A stretch of DNA of 63,998 nucleotides, counting the filler, from Nemertoderma westbladi (lineage: Eukaryota > Animalia > Xenacoelomorpha), in NCBI GenBank assembly GCA_032718475.1. It is 3 parts of 3 records of this genome, joined end to end, with 100 filler letters (N's around TTAATTAATTAA, not from the genome) between each part and the next. Parts side by side here need not be neighbours in the genome. Positions count along the whole stretch, not along the records: positions 1 to 20,247 come from JAUCBJ010008432.1; positions 20,348 to 38,569 come from JAUCBJ010003065.1; 1 more part is not named here. One strand, 5' to 3'. The notes below the pieces were generated by a model. That model did no database searches. It was not told the origin of the DNA and saw nothing but the letters and a program-made list of their open reading frames with translations. The position numbers and the translations under genes are program-made. Shown piece by piece: positions 10,800-22,512 of this stretch (the stretch's first letter is position 1; each line of letters starts with the position of its first letter).

Positions 10800-13345
10800 A
10801 GTCGGCAGCAGGGCTGTAGGCCATGGATAGGCGGAAGGTAATCAGCCAACGGCTCGACATGCTGACAAGGTCGGCGGAAGGTAATCAACCAACGGCGACC
10901 TACTGCGAAGACGCTTGTAGGAGTTGCGACCACAAGCGGTTTACTCCCGCAACTGAAAGATATGAGTATGAGAACCCTCCAGGAGAAATAGGCCTACCGG
11001 CTCGGTCGTCGCCCGGGTCAACAAGGACCGCGTCCCTCAGTGGTACACCAGGCTGGGGTCGATAAATTGGCTACTGGAACAGAAGACAGAGAAGAAAGAA
11101 GACCCAAACCTGTTGAAATGTAAAAATACAATAAAGATTGCTACAATGAACGCACGCACGCTGAAAGCACATACCAAACAGAGTGACATGGTCGCTCTGG
11201 CATTACTGGCAATGGAATATAACATCGACATCATCTGCATCCAAGAACATCGGATTTGTCATGAAGACACTGCCATGAAGTACAGACATTGGAAATGGAT
11301 GGACGTTAGTAACAAGCTCAGCAGTAAGAAACTCGGCCAATGCATCAATTGGTGGAGTAGGAATTCTGCTAAGCCCATTTGCACTAAGACCCTAAACAAC
11401 ATCGAATCTATAAATTCCAGGGTTATGATCGCAACATTTGATGGGAATCCCAAGGCAACAGTTATATGTTGCTACAGTCCAACCAATGCCTCAGAGCCAG
11501 AACCATCAGTCAAGTTTTATGAAGAACTGACTGGACTTATAGAGGACATTCCGAAACACAATGTTAAGGTCATTGCTGGTGACCTGAATGCGCAAATTGG
11601 CCCAGAAGACATCAAGGGTTACACCTATAACACCAACACCAGTTCTAACAGAAATGGGTACTTACTTTTAGACCTAATGGAAGAATGTGAATTGATACCA
11701 ACAAACAACACATTCGAAAAGAGTAAGGGGAAGCTATGGGCCTTTTAATACCCTAATGGAACCAAAGCACAACTGGATTACATCCTTATAAACAAAAAGT
11801 GGAGAAACAGCATGACCAACTGCGACGCATACAGCTCGTTCAACCTAATTGGTTTGGACCACAGAATTGTGACTGCAGAGATCAGACTCAGTTTGAGAGC
11901 CAGCAAACCCAGGACAAGCAAGCAAATCAACTATGACTGGGAGAAACTCAGAACACAACTGACAATGCTGTAAAGGATGCTTACATAGTAGAAGTTCAAA
12001 ACCGCTTTGAAGCACTTCAGTCAATGGATGAAGACCAATCCACCGATTCAATATACCAGAATATAATAACAGCCCACAAGTAATCAGGTAAGAGGCATAT
12101 CCCCCAGAAACCCAAACGAAAACAGTATGTGCCATGGCAAAACTCTGAGGCTACTTGTAAGAGAGAAGATCTTAAAATAGCCTACAAAATTAAAACCGAA
12201 CAACCAACAACCGAAAACATTAACAAGGTTGAGAAAGCTAAGGACGATCTTAAATTGGCCTACAACATCAGCCAGGAAAAGTACATACAGGATAAAACTG
12301 AAGCAATCTGGCAAACTGTAAATGAGGTATCTGGTCGGAAAAGCTGTGCAAAGGGGCGCCTCAAAGCCGATAGTCCTGAAGAACGTGTTGGGAAGTGGAA
12401 AAATCACTTCAGCAACTTGCTTGGGCAGCCACCAAACATCGAGGTCAGCCCTACAATGAAAATATATGAAAAGACACTACCTATAGAAACAGGGGACTTC
12501 ACACCTGCCGAACTCTAAAGAAGCATTAAAAGCATGTCCAATAATAAAGCGAGTGGATTAGATGAAATCCCAGCAGAGGTATGGAAAACCGGAGTGCTAA
12601 ACAGACCATTATTGAATGTTTGCAACCGGATGTTAAAAGGGGAAAAGCCACCACCAATTTGGACTAAAGTTCAACTAAGGCCTCTCCCCAAGAAAGGAGA
12701 CCTCAGCATACCAACAAACTATCGTGGGATCTGTCTGCTTGTGGTAGCTGCCAAAATATACAATAAAATGATCTATATATGATTAGGCCTCACATAGAGA
12801 AACTACTGCGTAAGAGCCAAAATGGATTTCGACCAAGTAGATCAACAATAGCTCAGATACTTGCACTACGGAGACTGATTGAAGGAATGAAGTCAAAGAA
12901 TCTACCCGCAGTCATTACTTTTGTGGACTTCGATTAGGCATTCGACTCCATCCATAGAGGTAAAATGCTTGAAATCCTATGAGCTTATGGAATACCAGAA
13001 GTAATTGTTGCTGGCATTGGATTGTTATATTGTGACACAGAAGCGCAGGTACTCTCACCAGATGGTGAAACGAGTTTTTCTTAATCCTGGCTGGCGTACT
13101 GCAAGGTGACACATTAGCACAATTACTATTTGTAATTGTGCTGGATTACTCAATGAGGACGGCCACAAAGGGTGAAGATCTGGGATTCATACTTCAAGAA
13201 CGCAGAACTAGTAGATATCCGGCAACTACAGTCACAGACACCGACTTTGCGGATAACATCGCCCTGCTCTCTAATACCCTAGCAGATGCACAGCTTCTAC
13301 TAAATAAAGTGGAGAGGGCTGCTAAGGAGGTTGGATTGAGGCACT
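10800..13345 (+). mobile_element. Degenerate RTE-clade LINE (APE endonuclease plus RT), 3' truncated
   Basis: Fragments IATMNARTL, ICIQEH, YSPTN, GDLNAQIG, QLDYIL; RT fragments KASGLDEIP, NYRGI, QNGFR, GVLQGDTL, FADN. Several stops and frameshifts; 5' boundary approximate. Confidence 0.85.
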
Positions 13346-13531
13346 GAGGCATAGACCATGACTCACTGAGGCATAGACTATGCCTCACTGAGGCATAGAC
13401 TATGCCTCAGTGAGGCACTGACGCATAGACTATGCCTCAGTGAGGCATAGACTTTGCCTCACTTAGGCATAGTCTATGCCTCAGTGAGTGCATAGTCTAT
13501 GCCTCAGTGCCTCAGTGAGGCATAGTCTGTG
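13341..13531. repeat. Array of ~22-bp palindromes (TGAGGCATAG-W-CTATGCCTCA)
   Basis: Directly visible; the central base changes from A to T across the array. Confidence 0.85.
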
Positions 13532-13591
13532 TCAGGTCTTAAATGAGAGTCTTACAAATTCGAACGTCAACGAACAAATTCGAAGGTTACT

Positions 13592-13682
13592 GTTCCACCT
13601 TGGTGTAGTGGTTGCGTTGAATTCACATCTCCCGTATGTCATGGGTTCGATCCCTGCATGAACCAGGGCAGTTTTCGTTTGG
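13592..13682 (+). mobile_element. tRNA-derived SINE, 5' head only
   Basis: A box TGGTGTAGTGG and B box GGTTCGATCC; similar to 15407-15498. Confidence 0.7.
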
Positions 13683-13764
13683 TTAGCAATAGGCCTAACG
13701 TTGCAAAATGCAGTATTATTGCCTAGTAACCAATTCATGGCTACCGTATGGTTTTCACTTTGAG

Positions 13765-14420
13765 ACATTTCGCCCTCTAGCGGCAGACTGGGGAACTTCA
13801 GACTACTCTGTGACTCTGCAAAAGATATAGCCTATGCCGTAGTAGATGCCGATTGGGGGGTCAAATTAAGTAATAATATATCTAAATAAGCCTCAAACAT
13901 CTTGCCTCATGGCTCGCCCCTTAGAACTCTTAAGCAATATAACTTCATAGTTTTGCGGATTGTAAATAACAAAGCTAGAGAAGATGTTAATTTTTAAATA
14001 ATACGCCCTCTAGCGGTAGACAGGGGAACTTCATACTACTCTATGGCTCCGCAAAAGATATGGCCTATGCCGTAGTAGATGCCGATTGGGGGGTCAAAAT
14101 TAAGTAATAATATATCTAAATAAGTCTCAAACATCTTGCCTCATGGCTAGCCCCTTAGATCTCTTAAGCAATATAACTTCATAGTTTTGCGGATTGTAAA
14201 TAACAAAGCTGGAGAAGATGTTAATTTTTTTCAAATAATAGGCCCTCTAGCGGCAGGCAGAGGAACTTCAGACTACTCTATGACTCCGCAAAAGATATGG
14301 CCTATGCCGTAGTAGATGCCTACCGAGTTTAAACCCATTCGGAATGAAAATAGCAAAGTTAGAGAAGATGTTAATTTTCAGATCATACGCCCTCTAGCGG
14401 CAGACTATGGAACTGCAGAC
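13765..14420. repeat. ~235-bp tandem repeat (two full and two partial units)
   Basis: Units start (C/G)GCCCTCTAGCGG at 13771, 14004, 14241 and 14388. Confidence 0.9.
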
Positions 14421-14779
14421 GGCTGGATATAGGTAAGAGTAATTAGTAATCAGAGCTGTCACGGGGAGGGGCGGGGCGCTTGGATACAACTATTATTAAT
14501 AAGCTGTTGCTTGGTTAAAGCTAATTGGGGGTCAAAGGTCAACGATAAAGCTGTCTGGATATAGATAAGAGTAATTAGTTACCAGTAAGGGAGCTGTATA
14601 CCCTATGGCTAAGTATAACGAGATGAAAGTCAATGAGGTCATATAGAAACCAATATATAAAACTAATTATTGGTAAATCTAAAATTAAGTACAAATAAAT
14701 ACAAATAATTAATTAAAATTAAATATAAATAAATAAGTATTAATAAATAAAAGAGCTGCGGTGTCACTTATGACACCCT

Positions 14780-15070
14780 CTTGGGTCTCTGGGCGACAGT
14801 TGGACCAGACTGACACCATTGTGTATCGGATTGATTAATTAGGATAATCAATTAAACCCTAATTAGGAGTCGTAAGACACCTATTAGGGTTTAATTGTAC
14901 TAATTAATTGATGACACCTGTCAATTAGGGTCTAATTAGCCTAATTAGGAGGTTCACCCAGACAGTCTAGCGCCAATGACACCCAATGATACCCATAGGG
15001 TGTCATTGGGTGTCATCCAGACAGTCTGGCGCCAGTCAGTGTGGTCCAACTGTCGCCGAGCCGGCCAAGA
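14780..15070. repeat. MITE-like inverted-repeat remnant
   Basis: GGCGACAGTTGGACCAGACTGAC near 14792 is the near reverse complement of GTCAGTGTGGTCCAACTGTCGCC near 15035. Confidence 0.5.
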
Positions 15071-15404
15071 CCCTACTACTGCCTCATTACACCATGTCCT
15101 GGAATACACCATGTCCTGGAATATAGTACTGCAGTACTGCAAGTACCAACAGTAAGCAGTACTGCTGTACTGTACTGTGTTGTACTGTAACCTTGACTAT
15201 ATTGTCAATTGTTAACTTTTTTTGTTCATTTTTGTTGTTGTCCACATTACATACTGTATATCTTCTCTCAGTGCATAAAATTTGTTTGCGTAGAAATACT
15301 TACCATTACACCCACTTGTAAATGTGACCTATTGATGTCCTTCCTATTAGAGTTGGCGTCAGGTGAACCTCCCACCCCTCTCACCTCCCACTCCTAGTAC
15401 TGTT

Positions 15405-15687
15405 GGGTTCCACCTTGGTGTAGTGGTCGCATTGAATTCACATCTCCCGTAGGTCGTGGGTTCGATCCTCACATGGGCCAGGGCAGTTTTCGTTTCGGCA
15501 CGAATGCTTTAAAGGGACCAGCCAGGGCGCATCTCTGCCTTGCATTCTTAAGTGGTAGCTAAATGAGTACTGGAGTTTCCTCTGGGGAGTAAAGTTCTGG
15601 GGGACCGCACTGGAAATAAGTCATCAATCAGACTTTGTGCGTAATCCCTGGTCTAGCGGCCGAAGAAAATTTACTTACTTTTACTTT
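15405..15687 (+). mobile_element. Full-length tRNA-derived SINE with Nin/Deu-like core and (TTTAC)n tail
   Basis: A box 15416-15426, B box 15459-15468, core CTCTGCCTTGCATTCTT...GGTAGCTAAATGAGTAC, tail TTTACTTACTTTTACTTT. Confidence 0.75.
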
Positions 15688-15689
15688 AA

Positions 15690-16444
15690 TAAGTGTCGTT
15701 ATTCAGGTACCTGCCCCCCCCCCCAAATTTTTTTACAAATCGTAATGAGATTGCATGAAATTTGAAACAGAGATAGTTTCACCTCCCTCCTCCTCTGCTG
15801 GGTGAGCCAGAATTTTTATTTTCGCTTTCATTCTTTAGCTACAAGCGTTTGAAAAAGGTGTCTCCGTCGATATTGCACCAGTTACACCGCAGTTATTCTT
15901 CAAACATTTAGTGATTTGTTGGTATTAGTGGAAAGCTGACCGTGCAAGGATTCCAAATATGTAAAAATAATTGAATTTGGTTGGGAAATAGCTGAGTTAT
16001 GGGCATTCGAATTTTGCATGTATTTGCTTCCACTGCAGGCCATTTATTCTATTAAATTAATACACAATGTTCTAGAACATTTTGATTATGTATGAATATC
16101 CATATACTAGTATTATCATGTAGGCATTGCATTGTTGCCAAGCTACTTATGAGATAAACAAAATGTTCTAGAACATTGTGTATTTATTAATAGAATAAAT
16201 TGCCCGCAGTGGAAGCTAATACATGCAAAATTCGAATGCCAATAACTCAGCTATTTCCCAACCAAATTCAAATATTTTTACATATTTGGAATCCTTGCAC
16301 GGTCAGCTTTCCACTAGTACCAACAAATCACTAAATGTTTGAAGAATAACTGCGGTGTAACTGGTGCAATATCGACGGAGATACCGTTTTCAAACGCTTG
16401 TAGCTAAAGAATGAAAGCGAAAATAAAAATTCTGGCTCACCCAG
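15690..16444. mobile_element. Fold-back/MITE with ~287-bp inverted arms
   Basis: 15798-16084 is the near-perfect reverse complement of 16159-16444. The left end of the family (TACACCATGTCC...) recurs at ~10588, ~15088 and 20090-20247. Confidence 0.85.
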
Positions 16445-16499
16445 TCTACAGGCTACAGTCTACAGGTGTACAACGCCCCTCATGGTTCTAATTATATTT

Positions 16500-17480
16500 C
16501 TTCAAATTGTTTCAGGCCACCGCTTTCTTGATGGCTATATAGTCAACGTCCAGGGACGACACGAGTTCATATTGGAGAAAGTTGCGGATACATTAACAAA
16601 GAATTTAATGGATTACGGAAGTCGCAAGTGAGTTCCCTCAGACTGCGCACCCTGGTATGTCTATGTGTGTTCAGACTGAGTTGGACTACCTACGGTGTGT
16701 TTGTCATGAGACCGAGGGACAGGATATCACATCAATCCGTCGTGTTTTGATCGAGAAATATCTCTCGGCGTTATTTGGAACAACACTAAGCAATGCCGAT
16801 AAACAGTTGGCCCTTCTTCATGTAAGTTATTGTGGAATTGGGTTGCGCGATCCGCGCATGAGGCAGCCCTATGCCCGTGCAGCGTCGTTCTGGAACATTT
16901 GGTGTGGTTGATGCCATAACAATAGGCCACCCCGTGTAAGTGGTGGACTACAACTCTTGCCTCACGTGTGCTCTGACCGAAAGCCGCATTTCCGAAGATG
17001 CTGTTTATAAGTACCTCTCGATGAAATAGAGTACTACGACGCACTGTCGAGAGGACCTCGACCCACAATGAGTGAGGGCGGCTGAACACCCAACCCTCCG
17101 CAGCTGACAATGCCGACCTGGTCCAGGAAGACTTCCTGATAACATCAATCTAAGGTACGGTCTTTCACCCGGTCTACCTAGGGATGAGGTAATATACCTT
17201 CACACCATAACGCATTGAACTGCAAAAGCGGAAGCCTCATCATAAAACGACACGATGAGTTGAGGGAGGTCTTTGTTGACCTGATTTCATCTGTATTTGG
17301 GAGGTACTTGTGTACAGCGTGAAGTGACCCTCTCCACTGGTCATCTGAATGGGTGAGGTCACGATTGGAGGAGTGAGGGGAGTCTCCAGGCAAGGGTGGA
17401 AAGGCAAATCTGAGCCAACCAAAGGGTGGCGTCATTTGATATCGCCGTTACGTCGACGCCCCTCTTATATTAACTTCAGT
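16500..17480 (+). pseudogene. Relic of a CRE-like non-LTR retrotransposon (restriction-like endonuclease end)
   Basis: Translated remnants GIGLRDP...ARAASF, HNALNCKSGSLIIKRHDELREV (C...RHD motif) and ASFDIAVTS; many stops. Confidence 0.55.
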
Positions 17481-18056
17481 CCTTGTCCAGCGAGTACAGG
17501 CAAATAAATCGTCATGGTCTGTGATTATATGATGTCTGACAACACAACGGTTTGCGATGGCCGGCGAATCCGGCCCGTGTCCATCTCGGAGTGCCCAAAG
17601 GGTGTTTAGATGCACGTGCGATTTATATTAATGATATTGTGCGTCAAATATTCAATATAATAAAAATGAATAGCTTCTCGGTATATTCGTCCTCTCACAC
17701 AAATTATAAATTAAATATTTTCGCAAATGTTTAAAACGGAATAATGGATGGAGAGAAAAATAGTTAAACAAATTGTTTTGCTATATTTCGGGCACCTTAC
17801 GATACATTGTTCCGTTTTAAACACTTACGAAATTAATGTCAGACCACTTAAATCTATAAATTAAATATCTCTGAAGCCTGTAAAATTTCACAACTAAAAT
17901 GTTTCAGTATGAAATCTGTACCACACCCCACCCATACAGCCCCAAACGCATAGCGAGCAAATTTAACAAAAGCTTATATACATGTGGGGTTCATGACGAG
18001 TGACAATTGATAGTGTAATATATAAACTAGATTATAAGTCAGGCTTCCTTCCCTCC

Positions 18057-18997
18057 GGGTTGTTATAAAACTCGAAAATAACGAAAAATACGAAATTATA
18101 AACGAAACTATCGAAGTTATAAAACAAAATCTCTCATTCCAGTACGATCGGTATTATTAGAAGGCACACTTGACATTTTTTATTTAATAAAATCCAATAA
18201 TTTCGCCCCATTTTCAACCGTAATAATGTAATTTAATACCAAATACTGTGTGCTGGTTGGTTGTAAGGTGTTGACCAATGGCGGCTTGGATGAATCAATT
18301 CAGCATCAGCTCAGCAGATAAGTGTGCAGTTGTGCAATTGTGTATTTTTAAAAAAAATTTACTATGAATATCATTTTAAAATGATTAAATATAATTGAAT
18401 TGAATTGAATTGAATTGAATTGAATTGAATTGAATTGAATTGAATTGAATTGAATTGAATTGAATTGAATTGAATTGAATTGAATTGAATTGAATTGAAT
18501 TGAATTGAATTGAATTGAATTGAATTGAATCTAATTGAATTGAATTTAATTACAAACAAGGCATGGCACAGTCTGAAGGGGTAAGGTTAAAGGAACCCGC
18601 TCCGGTCAGCCGGTACCCTAACCCAACACTGCTTTCGCATTACAGCGTACGGTACCTTCGCGTTACAGGTGTACACTGTACAGTGAATGACTGCCACGCA
18701 AGTGGCGCAGCGCGGCGAGTGTGTACAGGTGAACGTAACTACAGTACTGCAATCGCAATGCAGTAATAATAACTGCAGTAGGCCATCTTGTCGTGTTTTG
18801 CCATCATTGGATTACCCCTGATAACCAATCAACTTTCTCATCAATCATTAATAAATCTTTCAATCAATCATTAATTAAAAAATGTAAAGTGTGCCTTCTA
18901 ATAATACCGATCTCACTGGAAAGCGAGATTTTATTTAAAATTTTATCATTTCGATATTTCTGTTAATAACTTCGTATTTCCGGTTTTATAACTATCC
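18057..18997. mobile_element. Mutator-like non-autonomous element
   Basis: ~130-bp imperfect TIRs (GGGTTGTTATAAAAC... / ...GTTTTATAACTATCC); 9-bp TSD CTTCCCTCC (18048-18056) / CTTTCCTCC (18998-19006). Confidence 0.75.
18393..18546. repeat. (AATTG)n pentanucleotide microsatellite
   Basis: About 30 nearly perfect copies. Confidence 0.98.
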
Positions 18998-19276
18998 CTT
19001 TCCTCCACTTCCTTACAATATGGAATTGTTGTTGTTATAATATAATATTGGGGTGGCTTTCTCTCGTTTCATCAAACAAACATATATAATATAGTAGGGC
19101 CAATGTATAAATGTTATAAAAATCTGATAGCTCACAATCAGCAAAAAATATGAGTTACGCCTATGTGTGTGATTTTGGTACTTTAGTACAGTAGCTCTTC
19201 TTAGAAGATTAAATATTCTATAATATTATATATTGGGTTTACAACAAATTTGAATCAGTTTAAAGCCGTAGGCTTA

Positions 19277-19879
19277 CTATAATACATTAGCATTGCTGCT
19301 GTGCTCAACACCTTGGAGTGGTCCTTGGCTGGATTTTGGCTTTCTGTTTCTGATTCCTCGAAATACTGTAATGTTCTGTTCACCGCGTCCGTCTCTCCCA
19401 GCCGCGAACTCTTTGTACAAACTCAGCACTACCAAAACCAAGTAGACCGAAGGAACCCGATAAACTGTAGTATTATATATATCAATGCCCCTTAATTTCT
19501 TAAAAATGGCTGCCCTCGAGGACCAATTACCACCATTCGCAACGGAGTAGATAATGAGACCAACGTCAAATGCCACGAATATGCAGGTGATTAACATCCA
19601 CGGTAAAAGTAGACACTTTCTGTTGCGTGAAATACCAAAAATTACCAGAACCGATGCTACCAGCACAAATATGTCGAGGACAACAGTAACAACAATAAGA
19701 GATGAGACTGTACCGGAACTTAATTTAAGTTCCGTGGTAATACCACTCGCATTTACTGCAGATAGATCAATAGCTAAGATAACTAAGGAAACTATAGACA
19801 CCACCATATCCATCCCCATTGTGATCAGAGATGCTTTGCGTAGACTTACCCTTTCACAGCTGCAGTTCTCGATTGCCAT
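19277..19879 (-). CDS. Tetraspan membrane protein, LAPTM4/DUF4728-like, single exon
   Basis: ATG start, N-terminal Cys pair plus SLR, four hydrophobic segments, G-x6-LLLPW motif between TM2 and TM3, VVLSLY after TM4. Confidence 0.7.
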   Translation of the reverse strand: MAIENCSCERVSLRKASLITMGMDMVVSIVSLVILAIDLSAVNASGITTELKLSSGTVSSLIVVTVVLDIFVLVASVLVIFGISRNRKCLLLPWMLITCIFVAFDVGLIIYSVANGGNWSSRAAIFKKLRGIDIYNTTVYRVPSVYLVLVVLSLYKEFAAGRDGRGEQNITVFRGIRNRKPKSSQGPLQGVEHSSNANVL

Positions 19880-20089
19880 GCTTGATGGGTTACCGTGTTA
19901 CCGTGGTTACCGTGTTACAATAATTACAATTGTACATTAATTTATACGATACTACATTTTGTTCAGTAATATTTTATTAATAATAGTAAATTAAGGCCTA
20001 TTCTGTAGTAAAACATACAATTAATTATTTTATTTTTAAATAGAATATTATTTCAACTCCTTCCATAGAAAAGGCGTTAAACAATCAAC

Positions 20090-20247
20090 TACACCATGTC
20101 CCAGAATATAGTGTCGTAATTCAGTGACACGGCCCCCCCCCCCCCCCTAATTTTTCTACAAATCTTAATGAGATTGCATGAAATTTGAAACAGAGATAGT
20201 TCCACCTCCCGACCACTGAGTGGGTGAGCCAGAATTTTTATTTTTGC
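20090..20247 (+). mobile_element. Left end of the fold-back/MITE family seen at 15690
   Basis: Aligns with 15690-15825; begins TA-CACCATGTCCC; cut by the gap. Confidence 0.7.
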
Positions 20248-20347
20248 NNNNNNNNNNNNNNNNNNNNNNNNNNNNNNNNNNNNNNNNNNNNTTAATTAAT
20301 TAANNNNNNNNNNNNNNNNNNNNNNNNNNNNNNNNNNNNNNNNNNNN
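20248..20347. other. Artificial contig spacer
   Basis: N44 + TTAATTAATTAA (stops in all six frames) + N44. Confidence 0.97.
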
Positions 20348-22272
20348 GAACCGAAAATTCGAATCCAATATTCAAATAGTTTCTTGACGATCGTCTCTTT
20401 CCTTTTGTTGTCAATTGCTACAGCTTGAGCATATCTGGTGACATGATCAATCATATGCAAAATATGAATTCCCGGTCTGATCTCTTTCAGGTCCATCGCA
20501 ACTGTCTCGTTAAAAGTTGTTGCTAATGGAAATCCAACAATGGGTTTTAAAGGAGGTTTCTTGAATCGTGTACATACCTCACATTTACCAGAAATGTCTT
20601 CGACAATTTTCCTAACTTTAATAGAATAATCTTCATCTTCCTGTGCAGCATCAACTATCAATTTATGCAACCTCTGGGATGGTGGGTGAGCAAATTGTTT
20701 ATGTAATTTCATGATGCTTCGTCTCAATTCATTTTCATCAGATAACCTTGCTAATGGTGATGTAAATAATATTTGTTTAACATTTTCTATCATCACATTA
20801 GTGGGACGAATGAGAGGAAGACAATAATGTCCTGTAGACAATATAACAAGTTGAAATTTTTCGCCAATCAGTTCAAGCATATCATTGTTAAAATCTATCT
20901 TACCATTTCCTTTCTTCATAGCTGCTCGTGATAACAATAATGGAATATCGCAATCAACAATATTAACAGATAAATATAAGCGTTTATTGCCAAGATGTAT
21001 TGGTAATATTGCTTTCTTGCTGGACAAATGCCGATTTCCATCACCAAAACGAAACCAAACATTACTCTTTTCCCAGTAAATATCTCTTTGATCACTACAA
21101 CTCAGGGAATCAATGTAACAATCCAACCAAACCTTCCCAGCAACAGTAGTGACACAACCGGTGTCAAGAACAGCATAATTTAATGTTTCTGACAATAACT
21201 GATCTTCTGTGACAAAATCACCATCCGTATAAAGAGTTATAATATTAACATCTTCCATTTCTGTATATAGCTGTATATTATCAGCAGCTTGTTTATATTG
21301 ACAATCAGATTCATAATGATATATCGACAAACAAACTCCGCACTGTGTTGGTCGTCCATATTGATCAGGTGGATTCAATCGCGATGTAGCGCCGGTTCCC
21401 CCCGGTTGACCTCGAGAGTAACGAGACCGGGTTTGATTCATCTGGTTGAAATTACCACCTCTCCCACCTTGTCTTCTAAAACTTCCTCCATAATTCCGAA
21501 ATCCTTGGCGTCCAGTTCCGAAATTTCCTCGGTTACGATTAAATCGACCAGGTCGAAATCCTCCTCGACTGAAATAACCATAGTAACATTCATTATCCTC
21601 CGGATATCCATCATTGTACTCATCCTCGTAGTCCCAGCCATCCTGCTCCATTGTCGCTTCCAGTATGGGTTCGGCTTTAATCTTTATCTCGGTTTCTTTA
21701 GTACTAGACATTTGTAATATACTGGATGAAACATCGGCAAAAATACGTAAAATTTGACCTTTCATATTTTCATAAGTTAAATCAACCACAGTAGCCAATG
21801 CTAGTGATGTTTTTGACTCGTCCAGATTAGCACATTTCAACAATTGGTAAGCAAGAACACCATCTGGTAAATGCATATCATAAGCAGAACATTTATGTAC
21901 ATTTCTCTCAAAGATAACGATAAACTCTGTAATCCCGCATTCTTTTATTCTTTTATATGTACAAAAAACGTCATATGCATGAAAAGCGCGAATACCTTTA
22001 TCTTTCAAATAAAGAGTATTGAGTTTTGCAATTACTTTCTCGACACCGTCATTTTGCTTTAAATCCGCGCGATTTATCTCGAGCACCGCCTCTCTTGCTT
22101 TTCCTTGTAGGCTCAGAAACAACGTCGGACCTTGGCGAGATTGCGGCAAATCCGTCGCATCCTGCCAAATCTCAACCTCCCGTACCCAATTTTCATAAGA
22201 TATATCTTCACGTAACGCCGGTGGGTTTTTTACATTTACCGCTTTATTACCGGTATTCCACGCACTTTCCAT
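20348..22272 (-). CDS. Copia Gag-protease-integrase polyprotein, cut by the gap
   Basis: YENW..EVEIW; zinc knuckle CGVC-x4-H-x4-C; protease AVLDTGC; integrase LHKQFAH...CEVC, VAMDL, MIDHVTRY; uninterrupted. Confidence 0.9.
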
Positions 22273-22359
22273 TATTATGTAGAACTAATATAGAACAAAT
22301 AAAAATTATCAGGTAAATTATTATAGCCCAGACACTGGTTCTAAATACCCCTATATTAG

Positions 22360-22371
22360 GCTCTGCTACCA
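22360..22371 (-). promoter_or_regulatory. PBS for initiator tRNA-Met
   Basis: TGGTAGCAGAGC directly after the LTR; animal tRNA-iMet ends CUCUGCUACCA. Confidence 0.9.
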
Positions 22372-22512
22372 TGTTAATTTAGTTCTGTTTATTTACAATT
22401 TCTGATTACAGATAATAATAATTATAGCACTTTATCATCGGTACCGATAACACAGTAATTACTAATTCAAATCTCCCGCTCATATCAAATGTACTATTAA
22501 CCAACTATAACA
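22372..22512 (-). repeat. Copia 5' LTR (141 bp)
   Basis: TGTTA...TAACA termini, bounded by the PBS on one side and BEL coding sequence on the other. Confidence 0.8.

Larger units (their letters stand above)
20348..22512 (-). mobile_element. Ty1/Copia LTR retrotransposon, GalEa-like, 5' half
   Basis: 141-bp LTR, tRNA-iMet PBS, and Gag-PR-IN domain order with no RT between PR and IN. Confidence 0.85.

Noticed and set aside
10640-10900. HDV-like ribozyme in the RTE 5' region
   Set aside because: Hairpins are present but I could not build the nested double pseudoknot by eye.
13592-15500. tRNA genes at ~13600 and ~15410
   Set aside because: A and B boxes are present, but I find no convincing cloverleaf and the sequence continues into a SINE body.
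18371-18559. ORF with FNSIQ repeats
   Set aside because: Translation of the (AATTG)n microsatellite.
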